A stretch of DNA of 58,618 nt from assembly GCA_013204395.1 (NCBI GenBank), contig JABMNZ010000014.1, positions 1-58,618 of the forward strand, in the 5' to 3' direction. The DNA comes from Parcubacteria group bacterium (GTDB lineage: Bacteria > Patescibacteriota > Patescibacteriia > UBA9934 > GWF2-40-263). Below the pieces are notes generated by a model, which saw only the letters and a list, made by a program, of their open reading frames with translations, did no database searches and was not told where the DNA came from. Shown piece by piece: positions 18,178 through 27,921 of the stretch. How positions within the stretch are numbered: position 1 is the first letter of the stretch; each line of letters opens with the position of its first letter. The position numbers and the translations under genes were made by a program.

Positions 18178-18831
18178 CTAGAGCATTGCAATGTAGAGCA
18201 CGGCGTCTCCGCGCTCGAAGTCAATGAAAGTGTCCCACCAGGCCTGAGTGGTGGGATCACGATGTGTTGGCTTCTCACCGTAGAGCGGACCACCGTAGAA
18301 TCCTCGATGAACCGAGCCTTCCATCATCAAAACGTCGACCAGGCTCTGACGAGCGTCAATCATCCCCTTCTCAACGGACGTTCCTGTGTGGCTCGGAAGA
18401 ACTGCTACTGCGGCACGTGTGACACTGGCCCAGACGATTGACGACTGAGTGCGCCCAGCGAAATACTTGCATGAGGTGTAGATCTTCATCACATCCACCG
18501 TTGCCTGAGCTTTGATCCCCATCCCCTGACAACTTGGATGCACCATCGTACCCGCTATGTAAAGCACATCACCCAACAGAACCTGGATCAACATGTACCC
18601 AACCAGCTTTGCACCCTTGTACACAGCAAGAATGTCCTGGGCACTGTCGATGTGTTCACGCACGTCTTTGATCAAGACCTCATCAATCTCACGACAGAGT
18701 GCCGCAGCGGTCAGAGTCACGAGGTCCCTCTCCACGGGACGACACCAGATGTAGGTCAACTGACCCAGCAAGCGTGTTTTCGTATCCGGTGCATCAAATG
18801 CACCCATACCCTCAAGAGCATCTCTAAACAT
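18178..18831 (-). CDS. GNAT-fold N-acyltransferase-like protein
   Basis: LVGYM...LYIAGTMVHPSCQGMGI matches GNAT motif A (V-x-P-x-x-Q/R-G-x-G); SD AAGGAGAG upstream. Confidence 0.7.
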   Translation of the reverse strand: MFRDALEGMGAFDAPDTKTRLLGQLTYIWCRPVERDLVTLTAAALCREIDEVLIKDVREHIDSAQDILAVYKGAKLVGYMLIQVLLGDVLYIAGTMVHPSCQGMGIKAQATVDVMKIYTSCKYFAGRTQSSIVWASVTRAAVAVLPSHTGTSVEKGMIDARQSLVDVLMMEGSVHRGFYGGPLYGEKPTHRDPTTQAWWDTFIDFERGDAVLYIAML

Positions 18832-18902
18832 TTCTCTCTCCTTTCCGGGAAGTGTTGTTGCCCGGGAATGCTGCTGGATCAGTATCCAATAGCCGTCACG
18901 AC

Positions 18903-18975
18903 AAACAAAAAACCACCCTGGAAAACCGAGGTGGATTTAAATCGCAACGCTTCGGCCTTCCTAAAGGAGACCGCT
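18903..18975 (-). promoter_or_regulatory. Transcription attenuator (1:2, 2:3 and 3:4 hairpins) upstream of the GNAT gene
   Basis: Terminator ccacctcgg-tttt-ccagggtgg followed by ttttttgtttg. Segment aggccgaag can pair with either cggtctcc or cctcggttt. Confidence 0.7.
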
Positions 18976-19008
18976 GTGCCAAATCGAATTGTTTGTGAAA
19001 TTCTTCAT
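18961..19008 (-). CDS. Leader peptide MKNFTNNSIWHSGLL (15 aa)
   Basis: ATG..TAG uORF directly after a TTGACG-17 nt-TAATCT promoter; its 3' end overlaps attenuator segment 1. Confidence 0.65.
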   Translation of the reverse strand: MKNFTNNSIWHSGLL

Positions 19009-19093
19009 ATCTACAATTAGATTAAACCTCACCCACATATACGTCAAGAAACCTTTCCACATTCACCAACTCTTGTGCTAGGATATTTACCAT

Positions 19094-19582
19094 ATGAATC
19101 ATCCTATACGCATTTTAATATTAGTGGCCCTTGCTGCGATGATTGGGTATCTCGTGTGGCTATCTGTACAACCATCACCAGTGGATTCAACGGGCAAGTA
19201 CCACGTCGAGTTATACGACGGTGCTTCAGGCACCTTTGATGCTCAGCTAAAGGTCCTCCCATTTCAACCCCAGCAAATCGAGGACGCCACCGTCGGTTCA
19301 TCTACATACCTGCGAACTGAATGGAGCCAAGCCAAACAAACATATAATCACTTCTTAATCACCATCTCAGATCCAGCCTCAGATTTCAGTAGAACCGAGT
19401 CTGGCGAGCACGATAGAGTAAGCCTAGACCTCTCAGACCTATCTCCAGACACGGAATACCTAATTGTACTAAGGGCCTGCCTAGAACCAATCTGCGACAC
19501 ATGGCTTGTGTCAGATCAAGAATACTCCGGACGCACCCCGATTGAGTACTTTGACCAAGAAAAGGTGCTCCTTAACCCGTAG
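19094..19582 (+). CDS. Membrane-anchored/secreted protein with a fibronectin type III-like domain
   Basis: N-terminal TM helix; LRTEWS, LSDLSPDTEYLIVLRAC. Confidence 0.7.
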   Translation: MNHPIRILILVALAAMIGYLVWLSVQPSPVDSTGKYHVELYDGASGTFDAQLKVLPFQPQQIEDATVGSSTYLRTEWSQAKQTYNHFLITISDPASDFSRTESGEHDRVSLDLSDLSPDTEYLIVLRACLEPICDTWLVSDQEYSGRTPIEYFDQEKVLLNP

Positions 19583-19602
19583 AAGCAACAAAAAAAGAAA
19601 CT

Positions 19603-19634
19603 AAAAAACCAGGGTTCTGAACCCTGGTTTTTTT
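19603..19634. terminator. Intrinsic terminator
   Basis: aaaaaaccagggttc-t-gaaccctggtttttt inverted repeat. Confidence 0.7.
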
Positions 19635-19746
19635 GACATATTTACAATATCCCTTTAGTATCGTTTTATCGAGCTATCTGAGGGGATGGCTCGATTCCCA
19701 CCAACCTTCCATTCTGGAACCCCCTCAATTCCAGCTGGAGAAGTCC

Positions 19747-20091
19747 GTGCAATTGCTGACTGTCCCTGATCGCGCTGAGCAGAAGCTGTCCCACAACACC
19801 TTGGGGGACGACCCGCCCAAGACCACTCCGACACGGCCCAGGGGCAAGCTCGGCATGAACCGTCCCATCGATGACCTCACTGATTTCATCGCTGGACGTG
19901 CGGTGATCGTGGCCTTGTACTCCATGGGTGACAGCCGGGAGTCCAACGAAGCCACCTGGCGTCAGTACCAGACCGAAGTCAAGTTCTCGGATCTGGGCGC
20001 GGCTGCCAAGAAGCTCGAGAACGCCGGCATCGACTGGCGAGAGATCGGTGACCACACCGACATCCTGGAAGCTGCCGAAAACCTCGGCTAG
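19747..20091 (+). CDS. GC-rich hypothetical protein
   Basis: TTGACA-17 nt-TAGTAT promoter (19633-19661), GGAG SD before GTG 19747, strong G/C third positions, downstream hairpins with T-tract. Alternative start ATG 19855. Confidence 0.55.
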   Translation: MQLLTVPDRAEQKLSHNTLGDDPPKTTPTRPRGKLGMNRPIDDLTDFIAGRAVIVALYSMGDSRESNEATWRQYQTEVKFSDLGAAAKKLENAGIDWREIGDHTDILEAAENLG

Positions 20092-20147
20092 CCCCCTCGC
20101 GTCAACACGACGCTTCACCCAATGCCACACGCGGCAACGGGTGTTTT

Positions 20148-21560
20148 TTATTCCACTGTAACAAGATCAATTCCGTCGCCATACAAATGACCAGTCACAA
20201 CAACCAACCGCGCTCCTTTTTTGATAAGTTTCTGTTTTTTCAAATTTGCGATTGCAGCACGAATAAAAGTTGATTCTTTCTGTATCTTCATCACAAAAGG
20301 CACAGCACTCCAATGCATAGAAACCTGTCGTGCCACTCGTGCATCTTTCGTTGCGATATAAAGTGGAATCTCTGGATGCATTGTCAGCGCTCTCTCAGAC
20401 CACGGAGCAAGCTCATGTGAGGCTATCACCCCATGAATCGCGCCATCCATTGAAAGGAGCTTGATTGCGCGCGCTGCTGACAGTTGTGAATCCTCTCCAT
20501 CTGCAAGCTCTAGTGCCACATCGTCGTAAACAGAATTTTCGGCCTCCATGACAATCTTTGCCATCATCTTCACGGTTGCAAGCGGGTAATCCCCCGTGGC
20601 ACTTTCTCCGGAGAGCATTACTCCGTCCGTGTGATCAAAGACCGCATTTGCAACATCAGACACCTCTGCCCTGGTAGGTCTTGGATTCCGTATCATAGAG
20701 TCCATCATCTGTGTCGCCACCACAACTGGCTTTCCTGCTCGGCGACATTTTTCAATCATCTCTTTTTGACGAATCGGAACATCTTCAGCATCTATTTCAA
20801 TTCCCAAGTCCCCACGGGCCACCATCACCCCATCGGCTGCTTCTAAAATCGAATCAAAATTTTCTATCGCTGCGGGCTTTTCGATCTTTACAATGACTCG
20901 CGCGGGAGTTTGCCCCTTAGGGGTTTGTTTTTGTATTAATCGCTTTAACGCCAGCACATCTTTGGCATTTGTCACAAAACTCAAGGCCATCCAATCTACC
21001 CCCTGCTCCACCGCGAAAATGGCATCTGCCTTATCTTTCTTTGTAATGGCACTCACACGCAAAACAGAATCAGGAAAATTCATCCCCTTATGAGATGTCA
21101 CTTTTCCACCCGTAATAACCTTAGCGTGAATACTAGTGCCAATGACCTTTTCAACTCGAAGTTCCAGAAGGCCATCATCAATTAAAAATCGTTCTCCTTT
21201 TTTTACATCCTTATGTAGCCCAGTATACGTAACCGGCAACGCATCCCCCTTGTAAGTCTTCAGCGCTGTAGAGAGAATAATCACACCCCCAGTTTTCAAT
21301 ACAACCCCCTCATCAGGAAGGACACCCAGACGAATTTTGGGACCCTGAAGGTCACCAATAATTGGTATGTGCTCTCCAACTTTCCGAGCTGTGGCGCGCA
21401 CAAGTCGTATCACGCGAGCGTGATCTTTATGTGTCGCATGTGAAAAATTTAGACGAGCAACATTCATTCCAGCCTTCATCATCTTTTCAAGAATAGATGG
21501 ATGAGAACTAGCAGGCCCAAGTGTACACACGATTCGTGTGCGTTTATTCTGTTTCGCCAT
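20148..21560 (-). CDS. pyk: Pyruvate kinase
   Basis: RTRIVCTLGPAS, ARLNFSH, DLQGPKIR, KIEK, MVARGDLG, ATQMMDSM, PTRAE, MLSGESA. Confidence 0.97.
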   Translation of the reverse strand: MAKQNKRTRIVCTLGPASSHPSILEKMMKAGMNVARLNFSHATHKDHARVIRLVRATARKVGEHIPIIGDLQGPKIRLGVLPDEGVVLKTGGVIILSTALKTYKGDALPVTYTGLHKDVKKGERFLIDDGLLELRVEKVIGTSIHAKVITGGKVTSHKGMNFPDSVLRVSAITKKDKADAIFAVEQGVDWMALSFVTNAKDVLALKRLIQKQTPKGQTPARVIVKIEKPAAIENFDSILEAADGVMVARGDLGIEIDAEDVPIRQKEMIEKCRRAGKPVVVATQMMDSMIRNPRPTRAEVSDVANAVFDHTDGVMLSGESATGDYPLATVKMMAKIVMEAENSVYDDVALELADGEDSQLSAARAIKLLSMDGAIHGVIASHELAPWSERALTMHPEIPLYIATKDARVARQVSMHWSAVPFVMKIQKESTFIRAAIANLKKQKLIKKGARLVVVTGHLYGDGIDLVTVE

Positions 21561-22761
21561 ATTCCGCAAGGGTAACATTAAATGTAAAAATAACTCCTTC
21601 ACGCAACACCCCGATCACCACCTCGTCACCAGGGTGAAAAGCACTCACAAGCTCTGCAAGTGCGGCATCCTCCGAAAGATACTTTTCATTAACGGATAAA
21701 ATCACATCCCCTTCTAAGAATCCTGCCAAATAGGCTGGTGAGCCCTCAATGACTCCAACCTCCCCTGGTTGATCTCCAGAAACAATGAGTGCCCCTACCT
21801 CGTAAGCCTGCGAACCATCCTCCTCTTCCTCCGCTGTCACGAGCACATAACGCACCCCAAGCCACGGTCTCACGATCCTGCCGAACATCTTCACATCCTC
21901 AACCACTCGTTTAGCCTCGTTAATAGGAATGGCAAAGGCCACTGCCTCGCCCTCAAAACTCACAGCAGTGTTAATTCCAATCACTTCACCGAGTAAATTA
22001 ATAAGGGGGCCGCCAGAATTACCAGGGTTAATAGCCGCATCCGTTTGGATCGCCTCGTCAATAACCTCGGCGTTGTAAGAGTTTCCCGCAGTCACCCTTC
22101 GATTGATTCCAGACACGACTCCCTTTGTGACGGTATTCCTAAACTCAGAAAGCGTGTTTCCGATGGCTATAACGGTCTGACCTATCTGCAATACATCAGA
22201 ATCTCCAAGAACCACTGAAGGGAAATCTTCACCTTCAACACGTAGAACGGCAATGTCTTGAAAAGGATCAATATCGATCAACTTTGCCGGCAACTCATCC
22301 CCATCATTGGTCACCACAAAGAAACTAGCATCTGGCTCGTCAACAACATGGCGATTGGTTAGGAGATACCCATCTGCACTCACAAAAAAACCTGTGCCGC
22401 TTGATACCTCAACGAGCTCATCTGAATCCAATGCATTCAAAGCCTCGATTTGAAAAGAAGAATTTAGATAATATCCAGAATCAATAGTCCCACGTGGCTT
22501 TTTTACAACAATGCTGACAACAGCAGGTGTGACACGCTCTACCACTGCTATGGTCGTGCTCTCATCTTCTATCAACTTTACGATACGAGATTCCATCACC
22601 TCATCAGACACCACGTCACCAACAGAACCAATCCCTGTTACGCCAAGGGTGCCCATTAAAATAAACGAGGAGACCAATCCTGAGATGGCTCCAACAGCAG
22701 CGGCCACCGCTATGGTGACCACTAAGACGGTTTGTTCTCGAGAGGATTTGGGTGTATCCAT
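21544..22761 (-). CDS. htrA: HtrA/DegP-like serine protease with PDZ domain
   Basis: TM anchor; TNRHVV, DIAVL, QTDAAINPGNSGGPL; C-terminal PDZ. Confidence 0.93.
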   Translation of the reverse strand: MDTPKSSREQTVLVVTIAVAAAVGAISGLVSSFILMGTLGVTGIGSVGDVVSDEVMESRIVKLIEDESTTIAVVERVTPAVVSIVVKKPRGTIDSGYYLNSSFQIEALNALDSDELVEVSSGTGFFVSADGYLLTNRHVVDEPDASFFVVTNDGDELPAKLIDIDPFQDIAVLRVEGEDFPSVVLGDSDVLQIGQTVIAIGNTLSEFRNTVTKGVVSGINRRVTAGNSYNAEVIDEAIQTDAAINPGNSGGPLINLLGEVIGINTAVSFEGEAVAFAIPINEAKRVVEDVKMFGRIVRPWLGVRYVLVTAEEEEDGSQAYEVGALIVSGDQPGEVGVIEGSPAYLAGFLEGDVILSVNEKYLSEDAALAELVSAFHPGDEVVIGVLREGVIFTFNVTLAEYGETE

Positions 22762-22766
22762 ATAAT

Positions 22767-23237
22767 TTACTTTTTCACTGAGCGTTTCTTTGGAGTCAAC
22801 TTCTTAAGTTCGTTCTGAAAAGTTTCCACATCCTCAAACGATCTATACACCGAAGCAAAACGTATGTAGGCCACCTTATCAAATGTCTTAAGATGCTTCA
22901 TTACAATCTCACCCATCTCCTCAGTGGTGAGCTGTCCCCTCTTCTTTTTTTGAATATCTCGTTCAATCTTATGAACAAGTTTCTGAAACTTTTGATCTGT
23001 ATAGGGCCTTTTCTGAAGAGAGCGTACAAGTCCACGAGTAAGCTTTTCCCTCTCATACGATTCCCGGCGCCCATCACGCTTCACGATGGTTAAATCAAGT
23101 AACTCCACCTCCTCAAAGGTAGAAAATCTAAACCCACACTTTTCACACTCACGCCGGCGTCGAACACTCGCCCCGTCTGAAGAAACTCGCGAATCAACTA
23201 CCTTTGTATCCTTATGATTACAGACAGCACAATACAT
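22767..23237 (-). CDS. nrdR: Transcriptional repressor NrdR
   Basis: CAVC...VVDSR...RRRRECEKCGFRFSTFE; ATP cone; VAYIRFASVYRSF. Confidence 0.97.
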   Translation of the reverse strand: MYCAVCNHKDTKVVDSRVSSDGASVRRRRECEKCGFRFSTFEEVELLDLTIVKRDGRRESYEREKLTRGLVRSLQKRPYTDQKFQKLVHKIERDIQKKKRGQLTTEEMGEIVMKHLKTFDKVAYIRFASVYRSFEDVETFQNELKKLTPKKRSVKK

Positions 23238-23304
23238 ATATCGAAAAAATGATTTCTGCGTTGCATTATAGCAAAAAGCGAGGCCTTTGCCCCGCTTATT
23301 TTTC

Positions 23305-24525
23305 CTACATCATTTTCTTTCTAATAAACGCTGGTATCTCGATTTCTTCCTCTTCTTGTTTTGTCGCGGTTGGCATCTGTCTGACAATAGGTTTTGGTGC
23401 AGGCATAGGAGCCTGAACAACCGGCTCTCGTTCAATAGGTCTCGCCTGAAAATTTACCTTAGGCTTTGCAGATGGCACACTCTCTTCTTCTCTCACACGC
23501 AAGAAGTTGCTTGGAGACCAATTTCCTTGTGCTTGCACTTCAACGGTTCCAGGCGCCTTCGTCCGACGCTCTCTAGAGTCAAATCCTGTGGCCACCACGG
23601 TAATACGCACCTCCTCGGTCATCTCATCGTTAATGTTTGCTCCAAAAATGACTTTTGCATCTTCGTCTGCCGAGCTGGTAATCACCTTAGCGGCTTCAGC
23701 TACCTCATGCATTCCCAAATCGCTCCCACCAGAAATAGTGAAAAGGATCCCCTTTGCCCCATCAATCGAAAGTTCCAGAAGTGGCGATGCAATAGCCTGC
23801 TTTGCAGCCTCCACAGCCCTGTTCTCTCCACTTGCTCGCCCAATTCCCATTAGAGCAGATCCGGAGTTCTCCATAATGGCTTTAACGTCGGCGTAGTCAA
23901 CGTTAATAAGTCCTGGGACAGTGATAAGCTCTGCGATTCCTTGAACACCCTGACGCAATACATCATCCACTACATTGAAAGCATCCATGAGTGAGGTCTT
24001 CTTATCGATAATCTGCAGGACTCGGTCATTAGGAATAGTGATAATCGCATCAACATGCTGAAGCAGGCGATCAAAGCCTTCATCGGCAATACGTCTTCGT
24101 TGCGCACCTTCAAAAGTGAATGGCTTTGTAACAACAGCAACGGTAAGTGCCCCCATATCCTTTGCCAACTTTGCCACTTCTGGAATAGCACCCGTTCCTG
24201 TTCCGCCACCAAGCCCACAGGTAAGGAAAACCATGTCTGCCCCTTGGAGAGCCTCCCTAATCTCGTTTTGATTTTCTTCTGCCGCTCGAGCCCCAACCTC
24301 TGGATTCATTCCAGCACCAAGACCACGCGTAATCGTTTTTCCGATTGGAATCTTCCGAGAGGCAAGGTTTTGATTAAGGGCTTGTACATCTGTGTTAACC
24401 ACCGTGAACTCAACCCCTTTGATATTATCCGAGATCATTCGGTTCACAGCCGCTCCCCCACCTCCCCCAATTCCAACAACCTTGATCTTTGCAAACGTCT
24501 CTATGTCTGGTTTCACCTGTGCCAT
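23305..24525 (-). CDS. ftsZ: Cell division protein FtsZ
   Basis: [17 protein letters not shown]-terminal EIPAFIRK. Confidence 0.98.
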   Translation of the reverse strand: MAQVKPDIETFAKIKVVGIGGGGGAAVNRMISDNIKGVEFTVVNTDVQALNQNLASRKIPIGKTITRGLGAGMNPEVGARAAEENQNEIREALQGADMVFLTCGLGGGTGTGAIPEVAKLAKDMGALTVAVVTKPFTFEGAQRRRIADEGFDRLLQHVDAIITIPNDRVLQIIDKKTSLMDAFNVVDDVLRQGVQGIAELITVPGLINVDYADVKAIMENSGSALMGIGRASGENRAVEAAKQAIASPLLELSIDGAKGILFTISGGSDLGMHEVAEAAKVITSSADEDAKVIFGANINDEMTEEVRITVVATGFDSRERRTKAPGTVEVQAQGNWSPSNFLRVREEESVPSAKPKVNFQARPIEREPVVQAPMPAPKPIVRQMPTATKQEEEEIEIPAFIRKKMM

Positions 24526-24645
24526 AAATATTTCGTGTTCATGGATAATGAGTTATCTCCTCCTTGAACAACTCTAGTGCTCAAAATTGGCTTTACTGAG
24601 CACAAAAATCATCCACACTTTAGCACTCGCGGGGAGCTCGTCAAG

Positions 24646-24687
24646 AAAACAAAAAAGAAGATGTGGATATCTTCTTTTTTTGTTTTG
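24646..24687. terminator. Terminator between ftsA and ftsZ
   Basis: aaaacaaaaaagaagat...atcttctttttttgtttt inverted repeat. A separate TTGACG..TAAAGT promoter for ftsZ follows on the minus strand. Confidence 0.6.
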
Positions 24688-24688
24688 A

Positions 24689-25948
24689 TTACGGTCTGAG
24701 TGACTTGAAGATTTTTTTCAAACTTGAGCCAATTTTTTCAACATCACCAAATTTTCCCATGAAATTCCCAAGCCTTCTTCCACCCGAGGCCCCTCGAATG
24801 TGATGACCCCACAGAACCAGCCCCATAGCGGTACTCATAGATGGATCATTCACTCTGTCGATCACAGAAGTTACCCCGATTGGGGTCCCCAACGATACAG
24901 GTAAGCGGAGCGCGTTTTTCGCCGCGTCCATGATACCGCACAGCTTGGCTCCGCCGCCCGTAAGAATCACCCCAGCTGGCAACATTCCTGAGCGATCCAC
25001 TTTTTTCATCTCTCTATCCACGTGCTCAAATATCTCTTGCACGCGTGCCTCTGTTATATCTGCAACAAACTTCCTTCCCACGACCTCGTCCTCAGGGGCC
25101 CCTAGCTCACCCAAGTTAATCTCCTCTTTCTTTTGAACGTCTGACGGTATGCAGGTCGCATGATGAAGTTTCACTTGCTCGGCCACATCGATAGATGTCC
25201 GTAGACCAATGGCGATATCAGATGTTATGTGATCTGAGCCTATAGGAAGGACGGCTGTATGAAGCACGTCCCCTTCTTCGTAGATCACCATATTGGTGGT
25301 TGCGGCTCCAATGTTTACCACACACACACCTAAGTCTTTCTGCCTTTGTGATACAACAGCCTCAGCTGTCGCTAAAATACTAAAGACCAAATCCTCTATA
25401 TCTAACCCTGTGCGATACACAGCCTTAGTGAGATTCTTAATTTGAGACCCAAGCCCCTGGATGATGAGTGCATCTACTTCAAGCCTTATTCCATTCATCC
25501 CAACTGGGTCTTTTACTCCACGTTGCCCATCAACGGTAAAACTCTTTGGTATCACGTGGATAATTTCGTAGTTTGTTGGAGTAGCCACGGTTCGTGCTGC
25601 TTCTATGGCCCTCTCTACATCTTCATCTCTAATCTCTCCATCAGAACGCCCAACACCAACAACTCCTCGAGATTCTTGCGAGATGATGTGGCTTCCATTT
25701 ATCCCAACCCAAGCTCGGCTGAGCGGAACACCTGTAATCCTCTCAGCTTGCTCCAAAGCCCTAGAAATGCTTGAAACAGCGTCTTCTAGGTTGGTTATAG
25801 TCCCTTTGCTCATTCCAGCTGACGCAATCTCCACAGCCCCAATAATATGCATCTGTTGACCACCCTCAGCGGATGGAACTAATTTACCCACAGCCGCGCG
25901 AACGGCGTAGGTTCCAACATCTAATCCTGTGTATATCTCCTCTGACAT
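24689..25948 (-). CDS. ftsA: Cell division protein FtsA
   Basis: GLDVGT, PVGMNGIRLEV, VILTGGGAKL, C-terminal amphipathic helix. Confidence 0.96.
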   Translation of the reverse strand: MSEEIYTGLDVGTYAVRAAVGKLVPSAEGGQQMHIIGAVEIASAGMSKGTITNLEDAVSSISRALEQAERITGVPLSRAWVGINGSHIISQESRGVVGVGRSDGEIRDEDVERAIEAARTVATPTNYEIIHVIPKSFTVDGQRGVKDPVGMNGIRLEVDALIIQGLGSQIKNLTKAVYRTGLDIEDLVFSILATAEAVVSQRQKDLGVCVVNIGAATTNMVIYEEGDVLHTAVLPIGSDHITSDIAIGLRTSIDVAEQVKLHHATCIPSDVQKKEEINLGELGAPEDEVVGRKFVADITEARVQEIFEHVDREMKKVDRSGMLPAGVILTGGGAKLCGIMDAAKNALRLPVSLGTPIGVTSVIDRVNDPSMSTAMGLVLWGHHIRGASGGRRLGNFMGKFGDVEKIGSSLKKIFKSLRP

Positions 25949-25966
25949 AGTAAATCCAGTATATCT

Positions 25967-26344
25967 TTAAGCTCCAAGGCCCACAAGCGGCGCTAGGTAG
26001 GGGTAAAAAATAATCACTCCAATAATAGCAGCAATAAACGATACAAGAAGAACAGCCGCAGCCATCATATCTTTTACTTCTTTTATAATTGGATGAAGCC
26101 TTGGCTTGAACGCGTCTGCTAATCGCTCGATAATTGCATTCATAAGCTCCAGGCCCAGCACGGCCGCTATCAGGAGAAGTAACACAATCCATTCGTTGCG
26201 TTTCACCCCAAACCACGTGCCAAAAAAAACAACCACAGCAGCAGCCACAACCTGAATGCGAAAATTCTGTTCATGGGTAAAAACAACACGTACCCCCCTG
26301 AGGGCATGTGAAAAGCTTTTTAAAAGTTGCCTGATCATTTTCAT
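25967..26344 (-). CDS. dgkA: Diacylglycerol/undecaprenol kinase family protein
   Basis: SFSHALRG, EQNFRI, ELMNAIIERLAD, VKDMMAAAV. Start may be 26338. Confidence 0.9.
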   Translation of the reverse strand: MKMIRQLLKSFSHALRGVRVVFTHEQNFRIQVVAAAVVVFFGTWFGVKRNEWIVLLLLIAAVLGLELMNAIIERLADAFKPRLHPIIKEVKDMMAAAVLLVSFIAAIIGVIIFYPYLAPLVGLGA

Positions 26345-26775
26345 AAATGTGGATCAACCCCCAACGCTTTCAGAATTTGCTCTTGCAGAACGAACATCTT
26401 TTCCTTCTCAGCTGGTTTTTCGTGATCATGTCCAAAAATGTGCAGGATTCCATGGACAAGAAGGAACATGACTTCTTTTCGCACGCTATGACCCACCTCC
26501 TTTGCCTGTCGTTTCGCCTGATCATAACTAATGAGCACTTCACCCTTAAGTGACTCCTCGTTTAGTTCAAAGGACAACACATCTGTTAAGCAGTCTTTCC
26601 CACGCAGAGTTCTGTTAAACTCTCTCATTTCTTCTGGCGAGATAAAGGCTACAGAAATCAATGCCTTTGGGTTACCCAAGGCCTTGGAGGTCTCTCTCAA
26701 GACCTTATCGAGAATGGCTTTATTCAAACGTTGAGATCCATCAAGTAAAGACTGATTTATTTCTACCTGTATCAT
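26341..26775 (-). CDS. ybeY: rRNA maturation endoribonuclease YbeY
   Basis: TDVLSF, HGILHIFGHDH. Confidence 0.95.
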   Translation of the reverse strand: MIQVEINQSLLDGSQRLNKAILDKVLRETSKALGNPKALISVAFISPEEMREFNRTLRGKDCLTDVLSFELNEESLKGEVLISYDQAKRQAKEVGHSVRKEVMFLLVHGILHIFGHDHEKPAEKEKMFVLQEQILKALGVDPHL

Positions 26776-27917
26776 AAAGCGCTCTGTGAGCCCGTTGCAT
26801 CCATTGTAGTACTCGCATCCCCTGTCACACTCGCATCTAAACTCGCTCCTGACGCTTCTTCTAATTCCAGATCCGCTGAAGTGTCTACCAAGACCGATGT
26901 GGCACCCACTAACTCGACGGAGTTAATCATCATCTTCATGGTCTGCAAATAATCTACACGAGCTTTTGTCCCCGTATCATACGTGAACACCAATACTCCT
27001 GTACCAAGATCAATGTAAGCCACAAGCAAGTTATCTGACTGTATCAAAGGAAGTCCTGTCTTGGTGGTGTCCTCCACATAATCTTTAATTCCAATTTCAT
27101 CCTCAACCCAAGTCTTCAAATCAATAGACCCACTTTTTGTCACAGCCTCTACTTCAAACCCCTCACCTGTTTGAGCATCAAGGACAACCCCCTTAGCATT
27201 GGTTTCCATTTCAAAAACAGTTGGGTAACTGAATTGATACAGTTCATACCCAGCCTGACCCTGATACAAAACAACGAGCCCAGCTCCAATGAGCGTTCCA
27301 GGAGCTGTGCCATTAGGATTGTATCGATGAAACACTTCGTTCCCATCCAAGAATCCATCTGAATCAGAATCCGGTAGTCTGTAATTCGTCTTGTAGACCT
27401 GTTTTTCCTCTGTATCAGACAATCCATCTGAGTCGGAATCCACGCCCGGAGTGACCTTAGTCGCAAATGGATCTGCCACAGGGTCAGCCTTCTTATCTGG
27501 CACAACCGTTTCTACTGGCTTATCCGGCACGGCAACCACTGGCCGCGTTGTTGTTTTTACTGGTGTGACCACCACAACGGGCTCTGGCTCTGACACCAGA
27601 GTTACGGCATACCATCCACCAAGAGAAAGAATGGTGATGCCCACAAGCCCACCAATGACAATCATCTTTGTGCTTGATCGTTTTTTTGGAAGAGCTTTTG
27701 GTTTTGGTGCTGGGGGCGGAGCCGACGGAGCTGCTGGTGCTCTCACCTCCACGACAGTCTGTTTCTCCTTTTTTTTCGATGGTTCATGCATGACCCCATC
27801 TGACCCATGTCTATATCTTCCGGGCATCGTGAACACGCGCGCTTCAGGACCTGAAGGCTTCACTTCCGCCACTTGGGCTGGCGGTTGTTCAAGTTTTGCT
27901 TTCTCTTTATTGAACAT
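26772..27917 (-). CDS. Single-pass membrane protein with bacterial TSP3-like Ca-binding repeats and a PsbP-like C-terminal domain
   Basis: Pro-rich N-terminus, TM helix, DSDSDGLSDTEE and DSDSDGFLDGNEV repeats, YQFSYP motif. Confidence 0.7.
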   Translation of the reverse strand: MFNKEKAKLEQPPAQVAEVKPSGPEARVFTMPGRYRHGSDGVMHEPSKKKEKQTVVEVRAPAAPSAPPPAPKPKALPKKRSSTKMIVIGGLVGITILSLGGWYAVTLVSEPEPVVVVTPVKTTTRPVVAVPDKPVETVVPDKKADPVADPFATKVTPGVDSDSDGLSDTEEKQVYKTNYRLPDSDSDGFLDGNEVFHRYNPNGTAPGTLIGAGLVVLYQGQAGYELYQFSYPTVFEMETNAKGVVLDAQTGEGFEVEAVTKSGSIDLKTWVEDEIGIKDYVEDTTKTGLPLIQSDNLLVAYIDLGTGVLVFTYDTGTKARVDYLQTMKMMINSVELVGATSVLVDTSADLELEEASGASLDASVTGDASTTMDATGSQSAL

Positions 27918-27921
27918 GACT

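Noticed and set aside
19680-19730. Fluoride riboswitch resemblance (GGGGATGG...TTCCC...AACC)
   Set aside because: Lacks the conserved 3' TGATG/TAATG-AC segment, and there is no fluoride-related gene downstream.
19666-20130. 154-aa minus-strand ORF
   Set aside because: Antisense shadow of the GC3-rich plus-strand gene, which has the promoter, SD and terminator.
24620-24646. CIRCE element upstream of ftsZ
   Set aside because: Only the left half TTAGCACTC is present; the sequence after N9 is tcgtcaaga. It coincides with the promoter -10 region instead.
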